A stretch of 64,000 bases of DNA from Candidatus Melainabacteria bacterium 17Bon1m (GTDB lineage: Bacteria; Cyanobacteriota; Vampirovibrionia; Obscuribacterales; Obscuribacteraceae), in the NCBI GenBank assembly GCA_032128875.1, contig JAVLKG010000013.1, forward strand, positions 45,610 to 109,609, read 5' to 3'. Shown one piece after another: positions 47,319 through 57,133 of this stretch. The translations under genes were made by a program, and so were the position numbers. How positions within the stretch are numbered: the first letter of the stretch is position 1; each line of letters starts with the position of its first letter. Under the pieces are notes generated by a model, which was not told the DNA's origin, did no database searches, and was given only the letters and a program-made list of their open reading frames with translations.

Positions 47319-47348
47319 TTGATCAGAGCCTCTTTTGATCTGTAGGGT
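47319..47348 (+). promoter_or_regulatory. Putative sigma70-type promoter TTGATC-18-TAGGGT
   Basis: About 165 nt upstream of ATG 47510; G-poor leader follows. Confidence 0.45.
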
Positions 47349-47509
47349 CGGGAAGTCTTCTCATAACCAATTTGATCATCCGTATAGCTAACTAACTCAA
47401 TCTTTTCATTCAGAACTTGCATCTAAAAACACCTCTTCGGGTGAGCAGTTCTGGACCGCGAAGTTGAGTTGGTGGTCGCGCGAGTGGTCAATTTCAGAAG
47501 GAGGTGCAT

Positions 47510-47983
47510 ATGACCGAAATGGTTTTGAACTGCGGCTCCTCTGAAGAGGAGATCGGCAGATGGATGTCCAACTTGACGCCTGCAGAGTTCACGCTCGGCG
47601 GCATCAAATGGGCATCAGTCGAAGCTCTGTACATCGCGCTTCGTACGCTCGATGAAGCAGAGCGGATGGAACTGTCGCAACTGAGTGGTCTTCCGGCTAA
47701 GCATCGCGGGCGCAAGCTTCGCAAGCGAGGTCTGGTCACTACGCAGTTCGACGGTCGTTGCTTCGAGCTTGGCTCGCCGCAACATCACGAGCTCGTGAAG
47801 GAGGCTATCAAGGCAAAACTTCTCGCTCATCCACAAAAGTGCGCGGAGTTCGTAGCTACCAGGCCGCGGACAATCGTGCACGAAACCGGGTTTCCGGAGT
47901 CGCGTTTCACTCAACTCCCTGCTGTCGTCTTTTGTCGGATTCTCACAGAACTCCGAGAAGAGCTGCACCAGCTAGTTTCGTGA
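47510..47983 (+). CDS. NADAR/YbiA-like protein
   Basis: MSNL.P..F..GG..WASVEA.Y, AK..GR.L, AI.AK and T..R.IVH patterns typical of the NADAR fold; AAGGAGG RBS. Confidence 0.7.
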   Translation: MTEMVLNCGSSEEEIGRWMSNLTPAEFTLGGIKWASVEALYIALRTLDEAERMELSQLSGLPAKHRGRKLRKRGLVTTQFDGRCFELGSPQHHELVKEAIKAKLLAHPQKCAEFVATRPRTIVHETGFPESRFTQLPAVVFCRILTELREELHQLVS

Positions 47984-48157
47984 GCTAGCTCCTAACCCAA
48001 AGCGACTGAAGTCCTTTCGGGCTCCAGTGTTCATCCGAATTCACCGGAGCGCACTTCGTGCGTTCCATCTTCCGAACTCAAGACTCGCGCTGCATTCGGC
48101 AGTGCGCGTTGTGAGTTGGCTTTATCCGACCGCATAGGTCAGAAGGAGTAACTTACT

Positions 48158-49597
48158 ATGACAAACGACAAGAATCGCAAGTCCCGTGCTCTCCTGAGCG
48201 ATACGGGGAATCCGACCGACGAGTACATGCGTCGTGTTCAGCAGCTCACCGACATGGAGTCGGGCAAGCTCGCGAATACGCCGGCGTGGCTGACGAAGGT
48301 CCAAGAAGACGCGGCGGCTCACACCGAGCGCGTCAACGCCGCCAAGGTCGAGCACCCCGACCAGGGCGAAGTCGACTTCGACAGCCTCACTCCCGAGCAG
48401 CTCGCGGAGATGGGCTTCGACGGCAAGGTGTCCGCGGAAGACCTGCTGAAGGAATTCGGCATCTCGAAGCGCACCTCGCTGGGCAAGACGTTCGACCCGG
48501 CCGACTTCGGCATCGAAGAGCTGGACTTCCGCCGTCGCGGTCGCGGTCGCAATCGCGGTCGTGGTCGCAACAGCAACCGCGGTCGTCGCAACAACGGCGG
48601 CAACGGAGGCCAGGGCGGCAACCCTAACCAGGGCGGTCAGGGGGCTTCGCAGCCTCAGGGCCGCTCCAAGAAGCCGAGCAAGGGCAAGTCGGGCGGCGGT
48701 CGCGGTGGCAAGCAGCTGCCGAAGGCTTCCGACGTCGACACCGTCGTCAACTCGTACCTGAAGGGCCTGAGCGACGCCGGCAAGGATGGCAACATCCGCA
48801 TCGGCGAGTTCAACGCTGAGTTCCTGGATGCGGCGAAGGCCAACGCCTTCATCAATTCCTACTCGGCGATCGCCAAGAAGTTCCACATCATCGGCATGAT
48901 CGAAGTGGACAGCTCGGGTCTGCAGCCCATCGCTGCTGCCTGCGGCTACAAGGCCTACACCTCGGTTGCGAACACTCGTAACCAGGCGGTCGGCTTCCTG
49001 GTGAGCCCGCGCCTGAAGGTGCTGAAGCAGTGGTCGATCGACAGCGTCGCCAGCGTCGGCGGCGTGCCCGACCTGCGTCCGGCGTTCTGCCTCGACCTCG
49101 AAGACACCGTCAGCGGCGTGAAGTTCACTGCCGTCGTGGTGCACATGAAGTCGATGCGCGGCGGTGAGGCCCAGACCGGTCCGATCCGCTACAAGCAGTT
49201 CGACCTTCTCGTGAAGGGTCTCGGCACGGACGCCGAGGTCGTCGTTCTCGGCGACATGAACTGCAAGTTGCCCGGCACCCCCGACATCAAGCCGCTCCTC
49301 AATGCGGGCTACAAGCTGCTCAACCCGACCAGCACCGTGGCCACGCAGTCGATGGGCAGCCGTATCGACGGGTACTTCTGGCTGGCTCTGCCCGGCAAGC
49401 TCGGCAAGTACGCCGTGCGCGCCATCTTCGAGAACAAGGTGTTCGGTCGCGGCTTCGCGGACCACGCCATCCTGAGCGCAGAGATGCGCCTGTGTGGTGT
49501 GACCGGGTCCAACGACGACTCCTGCTCGACCACGGACGCCAAGGACGGCGCCTTCGGCGATGACCCGAAGGACGACGGCAAGGTCGATCCGCAGTAA
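48158..49597 (+). CDS. Endonuclease/exonuclease/phosphatase (EEP) family protein with an N-terminal acidic and RG/N/Q low-complexity region
   Basis: IGEFN.E, IGMIEV, LRPA, VVVHMKS, VLGDMN, RIDG and ADH motifs; RRRGRGRNRGRGRN linker; AAGGAG RBS. Confidence 0.82.
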   Translation: MTNDKNRKSRALLSDTGNPTDEYMRRVQQLTDMESGKLANTPAWLTKVQEDAAAHTERVNAAKVEHPDQGEVDFDSLTPEQLAEMGFDGKVSAEDLLKEFGISKRTSLGKTFDPADFGIEELDFRRRGRGRNRGRGRNSNRGRRNNGGNGGQGGNPNQGGQGASQPQGRSKKPSKGKSGGGRGGKQLPKASDVDTVVNSYLKGLSDAGKDGNIRIGEFNAEFLDAAKANAFINSYSAIAKKFHIIGMIEVDSSGLQPIAAACGYKAYTSVANTRNQAVGFLVSPRLKVLKQWSIDSVASVGGVPDLRPAFCLDLEDTVSGVKFTAVVVHMKSMRGGEAQTGPIRYKQFDLLVKGLGTDAEVVVLGDMNCKLPGTPDIKPLLNAGYKLLNPTSTVATQSMGSRIDGYFWLALPGKLGKYAVRAIFENKVFGRGFADHAILSAEMRLCGVTGSNDDSCSTTDAKDGAFGDDPKDDGKVDPQ

Positions 49598-49705
49598 TCA
49601 GCGCAGCAACGACTGAGAAGCCGGTCTAACAGCCGGCTTCTCTCTCTGCGTTGCGTCACCCTGCGGGGCTGCTTGAGGCGTTCCCAACATGGAGACTACC
49701 TGTCT

Positions 49706-50386
49706 ATGCCTTACCTGAATAAGAAAAACTCTGGCGGGCCTTTGAAGCAGTTCCTTGTGCGGGGACTCGTCATTCTCCTGCCGGGGGCGCTGACTCTCTG
49801 GGCCGTGAACTTCGCGTTCGGAATGGCGGATTCCTGGCTGGGAGCGATGGTCGACGCATGCGTGCGTGCCATCGTACCGGCTGAGTATCTGATCGGACCC
49901 TTCGCGAACGGCCACATCCCCGGGATGTCGTTCTTCGTGCTTCTCCTGGCGCTCGTCGTCTTCGGCGCGCTCACTTCTTTCGCGGTTGGCGCCGCGGCTT
50001 TCCGTAAGCTGGATGCTGCTATCAGCATGCTGCCCGGAGCCGGCGTCATCTACAAGAGTGTGCGCAAAGTTGGCGACTTGTTCACGGGAGCGCAAGAGGT
50101 TCCGTTCCAGCAAGTTGTCCACATTCCGTTTGCGGGCAACCTGGCTCTCGGCTTCGTCACCGGGCGTGCCGTCGATCGGACCACCGGTCGCGAGTACGTT
50201 CGTGTGGTGGTGCCGACGCCGCCCAATCCGTTTTCCGGCTTCATCCTGACGGTGCCGGAAGAGCAGTGCATCGACGCCGGTATGACTGTCGAAGAGGGCA
50301 TGCAGTATTTCATGTCCTTCGGTATGGTCGGACCGGTCGAGATTCGCTTAACACCACCGGACGGCACCAATGGTGGTGGCGAGTAA
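49706..50386 (+). CDS. DUF502 membrane protein
   Basis: GL.ILLP...T.W, P....IY..V, LGFVTG, V.VPT.PNP.SG and MTVEEG....S.G motifs. Confidence 0.9.
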   Translation: MPYLNKKNSGGPLKQFLVRGLVILLPGALTLWAVNFAFGMADSWLGAMVDACVRAIVPAEYLIGPFANGHIPGMSFFVLLLALVVFGALTSFAVGAAAFRKLDAAISMLPGAGVIYKSVRKVGDLFTGAQEVPFQQVVHIPFAGNLALGFVTGRAVDRTTGREYVRVVVPTPPNPFSGFILTVPEEQCIDAGMTVEEGMQYFMSFGMVGPVEIRLTPPDGTNGGGE

Positions 50387-50512
50387 CGCACGACTCGCAA
50401 CCTGGTGCAAAACAAGCCAAGCTGTCGGGCTTTAGAGTCGACGGCAACTGTAGCAGAAGGCATCGAAACCAATAACCAAGCCGGCTAACACCGGCGCAAA
50501 GGAGTGATTCTC

Positions 50513-50962
50513 ATGGCTTCCAAGCTGATCGCATACGACCGCGAGTCCAACACGTTCTCCTTCGGCAACCAGCACGGTGTGACCGACAGCCAGCTCCGGC
50601 ACCTCGTCGCCGACGCGCTCCGCAAGAGCCGTTGGTCCAACGGTCCGGAGATCGTCGAGTTCTTCAACGTGAAGGTGACGGTCCAGTACATCAACCAGAT
50701 GCTGGACTTCGTCGACGCGAACGACTGGTTCTTCGATTCGTTCGATGTGTGCACCGGTGACCACGAGTTCGACTGGAACCGTATCACCCCCGGGGCACAC
50801 TGGGGCTACGCGCAGGAGCTGAAGGACCAGGGCCGTCAGGACCTGGACACCGCGGACTGGTTCGAGGAGCAGGGCGAGCACACGATGGCGCGCAACACGC
50901 GTCGCCTGGCTGGGCAGACCTTCAACCGCGCCGACCGCGTGCTCAAGACCGGCAATCGGTAA
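50513..50962 (+). CDS. Hypothetical protein
   Basis: AAGGAG RBS; very strong GC3 bias. Confidence 0.7.
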   Translation: MASKLIAYDRESNTFSFGNQHGVTDSQLRHLVADALRKSRWSNGPEIVEFFNVKVTVQYINQMLDFVDANDWFFDSFDVCTGDHEFDWNRITPGAHWGYAQELKDQGRQDLDTADWFEEQGEHTMARNTRRLAGQTFNRADRVLKTGNR

Positions 50963-51032
50963 CAGCAGTAGAGTCTCACCAAAGGAATGATGCCGCTGCA
51001 ATCGGGTAAAACCGGCTGCAGTTGCTGACCTT

Positions 51033-51084
51033 CACAGGGGTGCGGAAACCGTTGAAAAACGGCTACCAATCCCCTGTGTTTTTT
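51033..51084 (+). terminator. Intrinsic terminator
   Basis: CACAGGGG...CCCCTGTG outer stem followed by T6. Confidence 0.55.
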
Positions 51085-51408
51085 AGCGCCTGTGCAACTA
51101 CGGAATATGGTAGAAACTGGAAAGGGGTGCCGCCAGTTCCTCCAAAACCCGATGGCAGATCCATGAAAGGTCCGAAAAATCGGCACTTTGATACAACTGA
51201 AAGGAAAAGGAAAATTTCTTTAGACAGCTAACAGCAAGCGTCAGACCACTGCTTATATGTTTGCCAGTCTCTATTAGCAATCGTTTAATCGCTTTCAAGT
51301 TGGAGTTTCGGGCGTGCGTGTTAGTATCCTCGGAGTTAGTGACAACTGGCTTTCTAGCTTGCCTGTGAGCTTTTGAGCGGTTTCATCAATGAGGAAATCG
51401 GCTGCGTA

Positions 51409-52698
51409 ATGTCGCAATCGACGGTCGCTAAATCAGACAATTCCCCAGCGGAAAGTGCACAGCTTTCTGCCTCATCGCTTGGCGCCCCGCTCTCAAATAC
51501 CAGCTCCAACGGTACTCCAGCTCGTCGTGGACCTGGCTTTCGCAGGCTTATGTCCAGCACCTTTATCTGGATTCTTTTGGTTCTGGCAGCTGTCGACCTG
51601 ATGCTCTACTTCGGCAAACCACTGCACAACGTGCAAATTGCCAGCATTATTCCTCAAGATCGCAATCCGGTTAGAGTCAAATTAGGTCACCTCGCATTTC
51701 CTTGGGTCAATCCTGATGTGCTTGTGATTGGCTCCTCTTTGTCGCAAGCCTCATTTGCCTGTGCCGATGCCCTCTACGAAAAGAGGCGTGCGCCCAATAT
51801 CGGCTACGAGCTTTATGTCTATGGCAAGTCCCATTATCTGGAAGACCAACTCCTCAAACTATCAGGTAAGCGACACTCAGTGCTCGATCTATCGCTGGGG
51901 GGTTGCATGGCTTCCGATGCCTACTTTCTTATCAATAAGGTGCTTTCGGTTCGCTCCAATGTCAAAGTGTTGATACTGCCGGTAGCACCACGAGATTTCT
52001 ACGATAATCTTTCTGCCAAGGATCCCGAATTGAGTCCGGTTGGCACTTTTCTCAAGAAGAAATCGCTGGACTCCCTGCTTTCACAGCAAGGGACGCCGCG
52101 CGAGAAGATTGAAAATACTCTTGCATTCGTTTGGCACTACTTCGACATAAAAGCTGACTACAGGCAGATGTTGCAGCTCTTGAACTGCCAGATCTTCGGT
52201 CGGGCTCCAGACTTGTACACTTCAACTCACTTTGACGAACCGTTCTCGAAAAACAATCGCGTCGACTTCGATCCCAAGCCTCGTTCGGCTGGAGAAGTAC
52301 TTTCCGAATCCTTCAAGAAAGAAGACGCTCTTCGCTATTACAAGCAATACAATCCGTACGTGCCGGAAAAGTTGAATGTGCAGTTCCAATATCTGGAGAA
52401 GACTTTCGCTCTTTGCCGCCAACATCACATCACCCCTGTAGTCATCGATATGCCGCTTACGGAGCGCAATTTGAAACAGCTGACACCTGAAATGGCGCGT
52501 GATTATTACGGCAAGCTGCAGGCGCTGTGCCGCAAATACAATGTGCATTTGGAATCGCTGCAGAAAGATCCGGACTTTACTGAAACCGATTTCCGCGATA
52601 GTTGCCACCTCGTGGGCACCGGCGGCAAGAAAGTGATCGACAAAGTGACAGCGTCACTGGCGAAGGATCAAGAGTTCGTCAGCGTATTGAGCCGCTGA
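51409..52698 (+). CDS. SGNH-like (DUF1574/DltD-like) membrane-anchored protein
   Basis: N-terminal TM; VLVIGSS, G.MASDAY, APRDF.DN, V.DMPLT..N and DF.D..HL...GG.K motifs. Confidence 0.72.
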   Translation: MSQSTVAKSDNSPAESAQLSASSLGAPLSNTSSNGTPARRGPGFRRLMSSTFIWILLVLAAVDLMLYFGKPLHNVQIASIIPQDRNPVRVKLGHLAFPWVNPDVLVIGSSLSQASFACADALYEKRRAPNIGYELYVYGKSHYLEDQLLKLSGKRHSVLDLSLGGCMASDAYFLINKVLSVRSNVKVLILPVAPRDFYDNLSAKDPELSPVGTFLKKKSLDSLLSQQGTPREKIENTLAFVWHYFDIKADYRQMLQLLNCQIFGRAPDLYTSTHFDEPFSKNNRVDFDPKPRSAGEVLSESFKKEDALRYYKQYNPYVPEKLNVQFQYLEKTFALCRQHHITPVVIDMPLTERNLKQLTPEMARDYYGKLQALCRKYNVHLESLQKDPDFTETDFRDSCHLVGTGGKKVIDKVTASLAKDQEFVSVLSR

Positions 52699-52860
52699 AC
52701 GCGCTGCGGGCAACCGTTTTCATTATAAGAAAGCTCGCTCCGAGCATGGCTTGGCCAAAGACTACTATCCGTACAGCTCAAGACAAGAGTGCATCAAGGT
52801 TTGAAACCTTTTTCCTTTTGGTATGTAGGAAACATAGGTTTTATTAGGCAGGCCCACTTA

Positions 52861-54114
52861 ATGAACTCAGGTTTTCCCGTTTCCAAAAAACTGAATACTG
52901 TTGTTGCTGCTTTTCTCGCCCTCTCTTTCCTGCTGCCGTTGAATGCAGATGCTCGCGTTTCAGGCGTAGGTCTGGCTGCCGGCAAAATGCGCAGTGCGAT
53001 GCGTTTTAGAGGTTCTTCGCACAAACGCACTGGTCGTGCTCATCATCGCAGTCGCCACGGGCGCGGTCATCATGCTCAAGCCAGGGCTCCACAGCACTCC
53101 CAGGTCGCCGTCCTCGTTGAAAACGAGAACGGCACTGTTGTAAGTGAATTGAATTCTGAAGTCGCCTTCAATCCGGCTTCTGTGGTTAAGCTCATCACCG
53201 CTTATGCTGCTTTGAAAAGGTTCACCCCTGATCACCGTTTCACCACGACACTTTATCTTGATGGAGAACTCGATGAGGAGACAGGTGTTCTTACCGGTGA
53301 CGCATTTATCGACGGCATGGACCCCGACTTCAAGACCGCTGACACTTCTGATTTTGTCAAAGAACTGAAAGAGCTTGGCGTCAAGAAGATCGACGGCAAA
53401 CTGTTCGTTTCTCCGCAATTCTCGATGCACTGGAGCGGTAATCCCATTCAGTCTGGTCGCAGTTTGGCTGCGTCCTTGAGGCGTCATCACATTGCCTTGA
53501 AAGGGTCTGTAGAGGTGGGTACCGTATCATCCACCGCTCTTCGTGTGTGCACCCATGAATCCGAGCCTTTGAAGCAAATGCTGAAGCACATGCTTGCTCA
53601 TTCCATCAATCCAGCATCCGAACAGTTGGGTCGATGTGTAGGTGGCGTTCATCAGCTGGAAGAGGCAGTTGTAAAAGATGCCGGTGTTGCACCCGGAAAA
53701 ATCACCCTTTCGACTGCAAGCGGTTTGGGCATCAATCGTGTCAATGCACACGACATGATGATCGTGCTCAAAGCGCTGCGCAAAGAACTGCAAGCTAAGG
53801 GTTTAGATCTCAGCGACATTCTTCCTTTGGCTGGAATTGAGTCTGGCACCATGGACAGGCGCTTTACAGGTCAGCAAGAGCGCGGCAGTGTAATTGCGAA
53901 AACGGGCACGCTTACCACTACAGATGGTGGCGTTAGCGCACTGGCTGGAATGATGCGTTCCGACAAAGAAGATTTGTATTTTATCTTCTTTTGCTGGCGC
54001 GGTTCGATCAATAGCTTCCGCCATCAGCAAGATATGATGATCCGCCAATTGCAAGCGACTCGTGGTGGTCCGCGCCGCTTCGATAACCGTGTTGCTAGTG
54101 AGCCAACGCTATAG
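52861..54114 (+). CDS. dacB: D-Ala-D-Ala carboxypeptidase/endopeptidase (PBP4, peptidase S13)
   Basis: Signal peptide; PASVVK (SxxK), SIN (SxN), ASGL and AKTGTL (KTG). Confidence 0.9.
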   Translation: MNSGFPVSKKLNTVVAAFLALSFLLPLNADARVSGVGLAAGKMRSAMRFRGSSHKRTGRAHHRSRHGRGHHAQARAPQHSQVAVLVENENGTVVSELNSEVAFNPASVVKLITAYAALKRFTPDHRFTTTLYLDGELDEETGVLTGDAFIDGMDPDFKTADTSDFVKELKELGVKKIDGKLFVSPQFSMHWSGNPIQSGRSLAASLRRHHIALKGSVEVGTVSSTALRVCTHESEPLKQMLKHMLAHSINPASEQLGRCVGGVHQLEEAVVKDAGVAPGKITLSTASGLGINRVNAHDMMIVLKALRKELQAKGLDLSDILPLAGIESGTMDRRFTGQQERGSVIAKTGTLTTTDGGVSALAGMMRSDKEDLYFIFFCWRGSINSFRHQQDMMIRQLQATRGGPRRFDNRVASEPTL

Positions 54115-54137
54115 TCAGAGGCGCTCCATTGTCTTTC

Positions 54138-54653
54138 ATGCGCGCAATTCAAAAGATGTTCAGCCGAAATGCCTCGGTTGACGCTCAACAGCAGATGATT
54201 GAAAACTTCAAGCGCACAAGAAGACGCAATAACGACCTTGTAGTAGCCTTTTTTGACAGAGCTGATTGGCATTACGACGCCGTCAGGCAGAAGAGATTGG
54301 ACGAAGGGCAGATGTATGTGCCGGGCGGGATGCTGCTTGGCTGGCTTGTCGAGAATGAATTCGTCAGTGATGAGATGTACGAGCTGTATGGAGAGGAGAT
54401 CGATGATTTTCTAAACCGTAATATCGGCCCGGGATATCTTTATCAAACAATGGATGGAAAACTGCATCAGGACATGCTTACGAAAGAAGGCGCGCGTTTT
54501 ATGCATTACTATTTCTCTGCCGGCAATTATTTTGTCGACTATGAAAACACGTTCGATGCGCGTGATGGAGCCCAATACACGGTCACGGATACCTGGCAGA
54601 ACTATGACAAACTTTGTAAGCTGCTCGATTTGCGATTGCGCGAATCGGGATAA
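54138..54653 (+). CDS. Conserved hypothetical protein (D[KR]AxWHY family)
   Basis: DRADWHY, GM.LGW.VE, MDGKL...L..EG..F..YY, Y..DY and V.DTW.NY patterns. Confidence 0.7.
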   Translation: MRAIQKMFSRNASVDAQQQMIENFKRTRRRNNDLVVAFFDRADWHYDAVRQKRLDEGQMYVPGGMLLGWLVENEFVSDEMYELYGEEIDDFLNRNIGPGYLYQTMDGKLHQDMLTKEGARFMHYYFSAGNYFVDYENTFDARDGAQYTVTDTWQNYDKLCKLLDLRLRESG

Positions 54654-54679
54654 ACGCTCCCGTCAATGAAAGTGGGAAG

Positions 54680-55459
54680 ATGCTTCATTTACTCAAGAGA
54701 CATCCAGTAGCGATCGAGGCCCACTTCGATTACACCCTTGTCTTGACGTATGCCTTGCCTGCTGAAGTGCTGAAGCCGTTGCTTTTCCCGGGGCTGGAGC
54801 TGGATACATTCAATTGCGATGGGGAAGAACTTGGATTCGTCGCGATCGCTATGGTGGACGTTACCCATTTGCGCGTGAAAGGCATGCCTGCTGCCTTTGG
54901 ACAGAATTTCTTTTTGACCGGCTATAGAGTTTTTGTTCGTTTTAAAACGTCTGAGGGCCGCACATTGAGGGGGTTGCGCATTCTTCGCTCAGACACGGAT
55001 CGACCAGTAATGAGTGTTGCCGGCAATATTTTTACCCACTACAAATATGAACTGGCAAGCGTGAAGCGTAAGCGCACCGCAGACCGCTTGAGTATTCAGG
55101 TTTTCACTCCGAGCGGAAAAGGAAATTTAGAAGTTGATGCCACTATTGGCGATGGCAGGAGCGATGCAGAACTTCCCAAGTCTTCTCCATTTCGTACACT
55201 GAAAGAGGCTCGTCTATTCGAAGGTCCTCTGCCGTACACCTTTGATTTGGAGAAGGAGACAAACTCCATCGTGATAGTCGAAGGCGTGCGCCAGGACTGG
55301 AAGCCGAGAAACATTTCAGTCGATGTGAAAACCGCCGATTTCTTCCGTCATCCGCCTTTTAAGCACGCGAAACCGCGTTTGGCTAGTGCCTTTTACATTG
55401 AGAATGTCCCGTACTGGTGGAAGCCTGGCACTTGCCAGAAAGCGGCGGAGCAGGCATGA
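54680..55459 (+). CDS. DUF2071 (YqjF-like) family protein
   Basis: LK.HP..I.AHF, L.P.LELDT, F.L.GYR.FVR, LRGL.ILRS.TD, GPLP.TF and R..W.P motifs. Confidence 0.8.
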   Translation: MLHLLKRHPVAIEAHFDYTLVLTYALPAEVLKPLLFPGLELDTFNCDGEELGFVAIAMVDVTHLRVKGMPAAFGQNFFLTGYRVFVRFKTSEGRTLRGLRILRSDTDRPVMSVAGNIFTHYKYELASVKRKRTADRLSIQVFTPSGKGNLEVDATIGDGRSDAELPKSSPFRTLKEARLFEGPLPYTFDLEKETNSIVIVEGVRQDWKPRNISVDVKTADFFRHPPFKHAKPRLASAFYIENVPYWWKPGTCQKAAEQA

Positions 55460-56268
55460 CAGAAGAACTTGCCAATGTTGAGCTTAACCAGCTGAGTCCG
55501 CAAGTTTTGTCCCGTCTGAAGGCGCAGAGAAAGCCGCTGGAGGGCGTCACTAACATCGTTAGATTCAACTGGCCGTTTTATTCGATTGCTTTGATTCTTG
55601 TCTTCGGATACTTAGCATTTGTGTATTCCCGCCCGCTTCCGGGGCAACTCGTACCGATCAATGTCCTCGCTGGCTTAGTTTTTAACTGGTTTTTCTTGTC
55701 GCTTTTCGTCTCCCTTTTTGTCTATGATCTTTCTGGTCTATATCGTTTTGAATGGTTGTTGAAAAACGTTAAGGACCGGCCTCGGCGCATTCTCAATTTG
55801 CATGCCGGGTTTGACGAAACCAGCAAAGGTTTGCACATACTATTTCCACAAGCTGAAATCACAGTATTTGATTTCTATTCTCCGAAGCGCAGTACTGAGC
55901 CCTCCATTGCCAGAGCCAGAGCGCTTCGTGTCAATGAAGAGTCAGTCAGTGTCGATATCGTTGGTTGGCAACTTGATGACAATTCGCAAGACCTTGTTCA
56001 AGTTTTTATGTCAGCGCATGAATTGAGAGAACCCGCTGACAGAGAGGTTTTTTTTAGTGAAATTCGTAGAGTTTTGAAACCGGGCGGACAACTTGTTATT
56101 GTGGAACACTTGCGCGATGTTGCGAATTTTGTTGCCTTTGGTCCTGGTTTCTTTCACTTCTATCCGCGCTCGGAATGGCTGAGATTAGCCGAGAAATGCG
56201 GTTTTGTCCTGAGCAAGGAAGAGTCGATAACAATGTTTGTTAGGGTGTTTTTTCTATGCAAGCAGTAG
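55456..56268 (+). CDS. Membrane-anchored class I SAM-dependent methyltransferase
   Basis: NIVRFNW, two TMs, HAGFDETS, TEPSI.RAR, AHE.R and RVLKPGG...VEHLRD; ATGA overlap with the upstream gene. Confidence 0.85.
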   Translation: MTEELANVELNQLSPQVLSRLKAQRKPLEGVTNIVRFNWPFYSIALILVFGYLAFVYSRPLPGQLVPINVLAGLVFNWFFLSLFVSLFVYDLSGLYRFEWLLKNVKDRPRRILNLHAGFDETSKGLHILFPQAEITVFDFYSPKRSTEPSIARARALRVNEESVSVDIVGWQLDDNSQDLVQVFMSAHELREPADREVFFSEIRRVLKPGGQLVIVEHLRDVANFVAFGPGFFHFYPRSEWLRLAEKCGFVLSKEESITMFVRVFFLCKQ

Positions 56269-56684
56269 ATGCGCTGATTCTGAATTTGCGCACCGTCGGC
56301 TCGACGATGGTCTTTCTTGCCTTTCTTCATGCGGCTTTTGCCAAGCGCTTTCATTGGGGTGAGGAAACAACTAAGCTGTCACTTTTGAATAGACAAATCT
56401 TTTATGTGCATGTTTTTTTCATCGCTCTTGCGCTTCTTATGCAAGGTGTGGGCTGTATTTTCTTTGCTCCTGCCCTCTGTGAAAAGACTACTTTGGCGGC
56501 CGCTGTCTCCGCCGGGATGTGTGTTTACTGGCTTATTCGGCTGATCTTCCAGTTATTCGTCTTCGACAAAGAGCTCTGGGTCGGCAAGCGATTTGAAACT
56601 TCAATGCACATCATTTTTACCCTCAACTGGCTGTATTATGTGGTGGTATTCGGTTGGTTGTTTTACTACCAGCGCCAGCCATAG
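56256..56684 (+). CDS. Hypothetical 4-TM membrane protein
   Basis: H..F...F.W.EE...LSL.NRQ..YVH.FFI and W..RL..Q.F motifs; overlaps the upstream stop. Confidence 0.8.
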   Translation: MQAVDALILNLRTVGSTMVFLAFLHAAFAKRFHWGEETTKLSLLNRQIFYVHVFFIALALLMQGVGCIFFAPALCEKTTLAAAVSAGMCVYWLIRLIFQLFVFDKELWVGKRFETSMHIIFTLNWLYYVVVFGWLFYYQRQP

Positions 56685-56695
56685 GACGTGACAAC

Positions 56696-57133
56696 ATGGG
56701 CCCGAAATTTGTCTTTGCAATTCGCTGCGTGCTGGCGTTGATTTGGCTCTACAATGGGCTCTGGCTGAAAATATTACATGTCGATCCGCACCACCTTGAA
56801 ATTGTTCAAGCGGTCTTTCAAATTTCGATCAATCAAGCCGGAGACTTTCTAAATGTGATTGGGTTGTTGGAAACCCTCTTGGGCGTTGGTATTTTGTCAG
56901 GCTTGTTTCATAGGTTTGTGAACTATTTTCAGGTGCTGATTCTCCTTGTGATGAACTCCGTTGGTATCGTCAGTGGTGAAGGAACAATTAGTGATCCCGC
57001 TGGACTTTTGATTATGAATCTTCCTACTATCATGTGTGCGATAATCATCGCTCGGTATGGTCCAGGCGCCTGGGCTCTGAGATTGCCGCTACCTAAGGCG
57101 AAGGCGGCTGAAGCTTCGATAAAGGCAGAGTGA
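56696..57133 (+). CDS. DoxX-like family membrane protein
   Basis: A.IWLYNGLW.K, H..IV, IG..E..LG..ILSG and Q......N motifs. Confidence 0.8.
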   Translation: MGPKFVFAIRCVLALIWLYNGLWLKILHVDPHHLEIVQAVFQISINQAGDFLNVIGLLETLLGVGILSGLFHRFVNYFQVLILLVMNSVGIVSGEGTISDPAGLLIMNLPTIMCAIIIARYGPGAWALRLPLPKAKAAEASIKAE

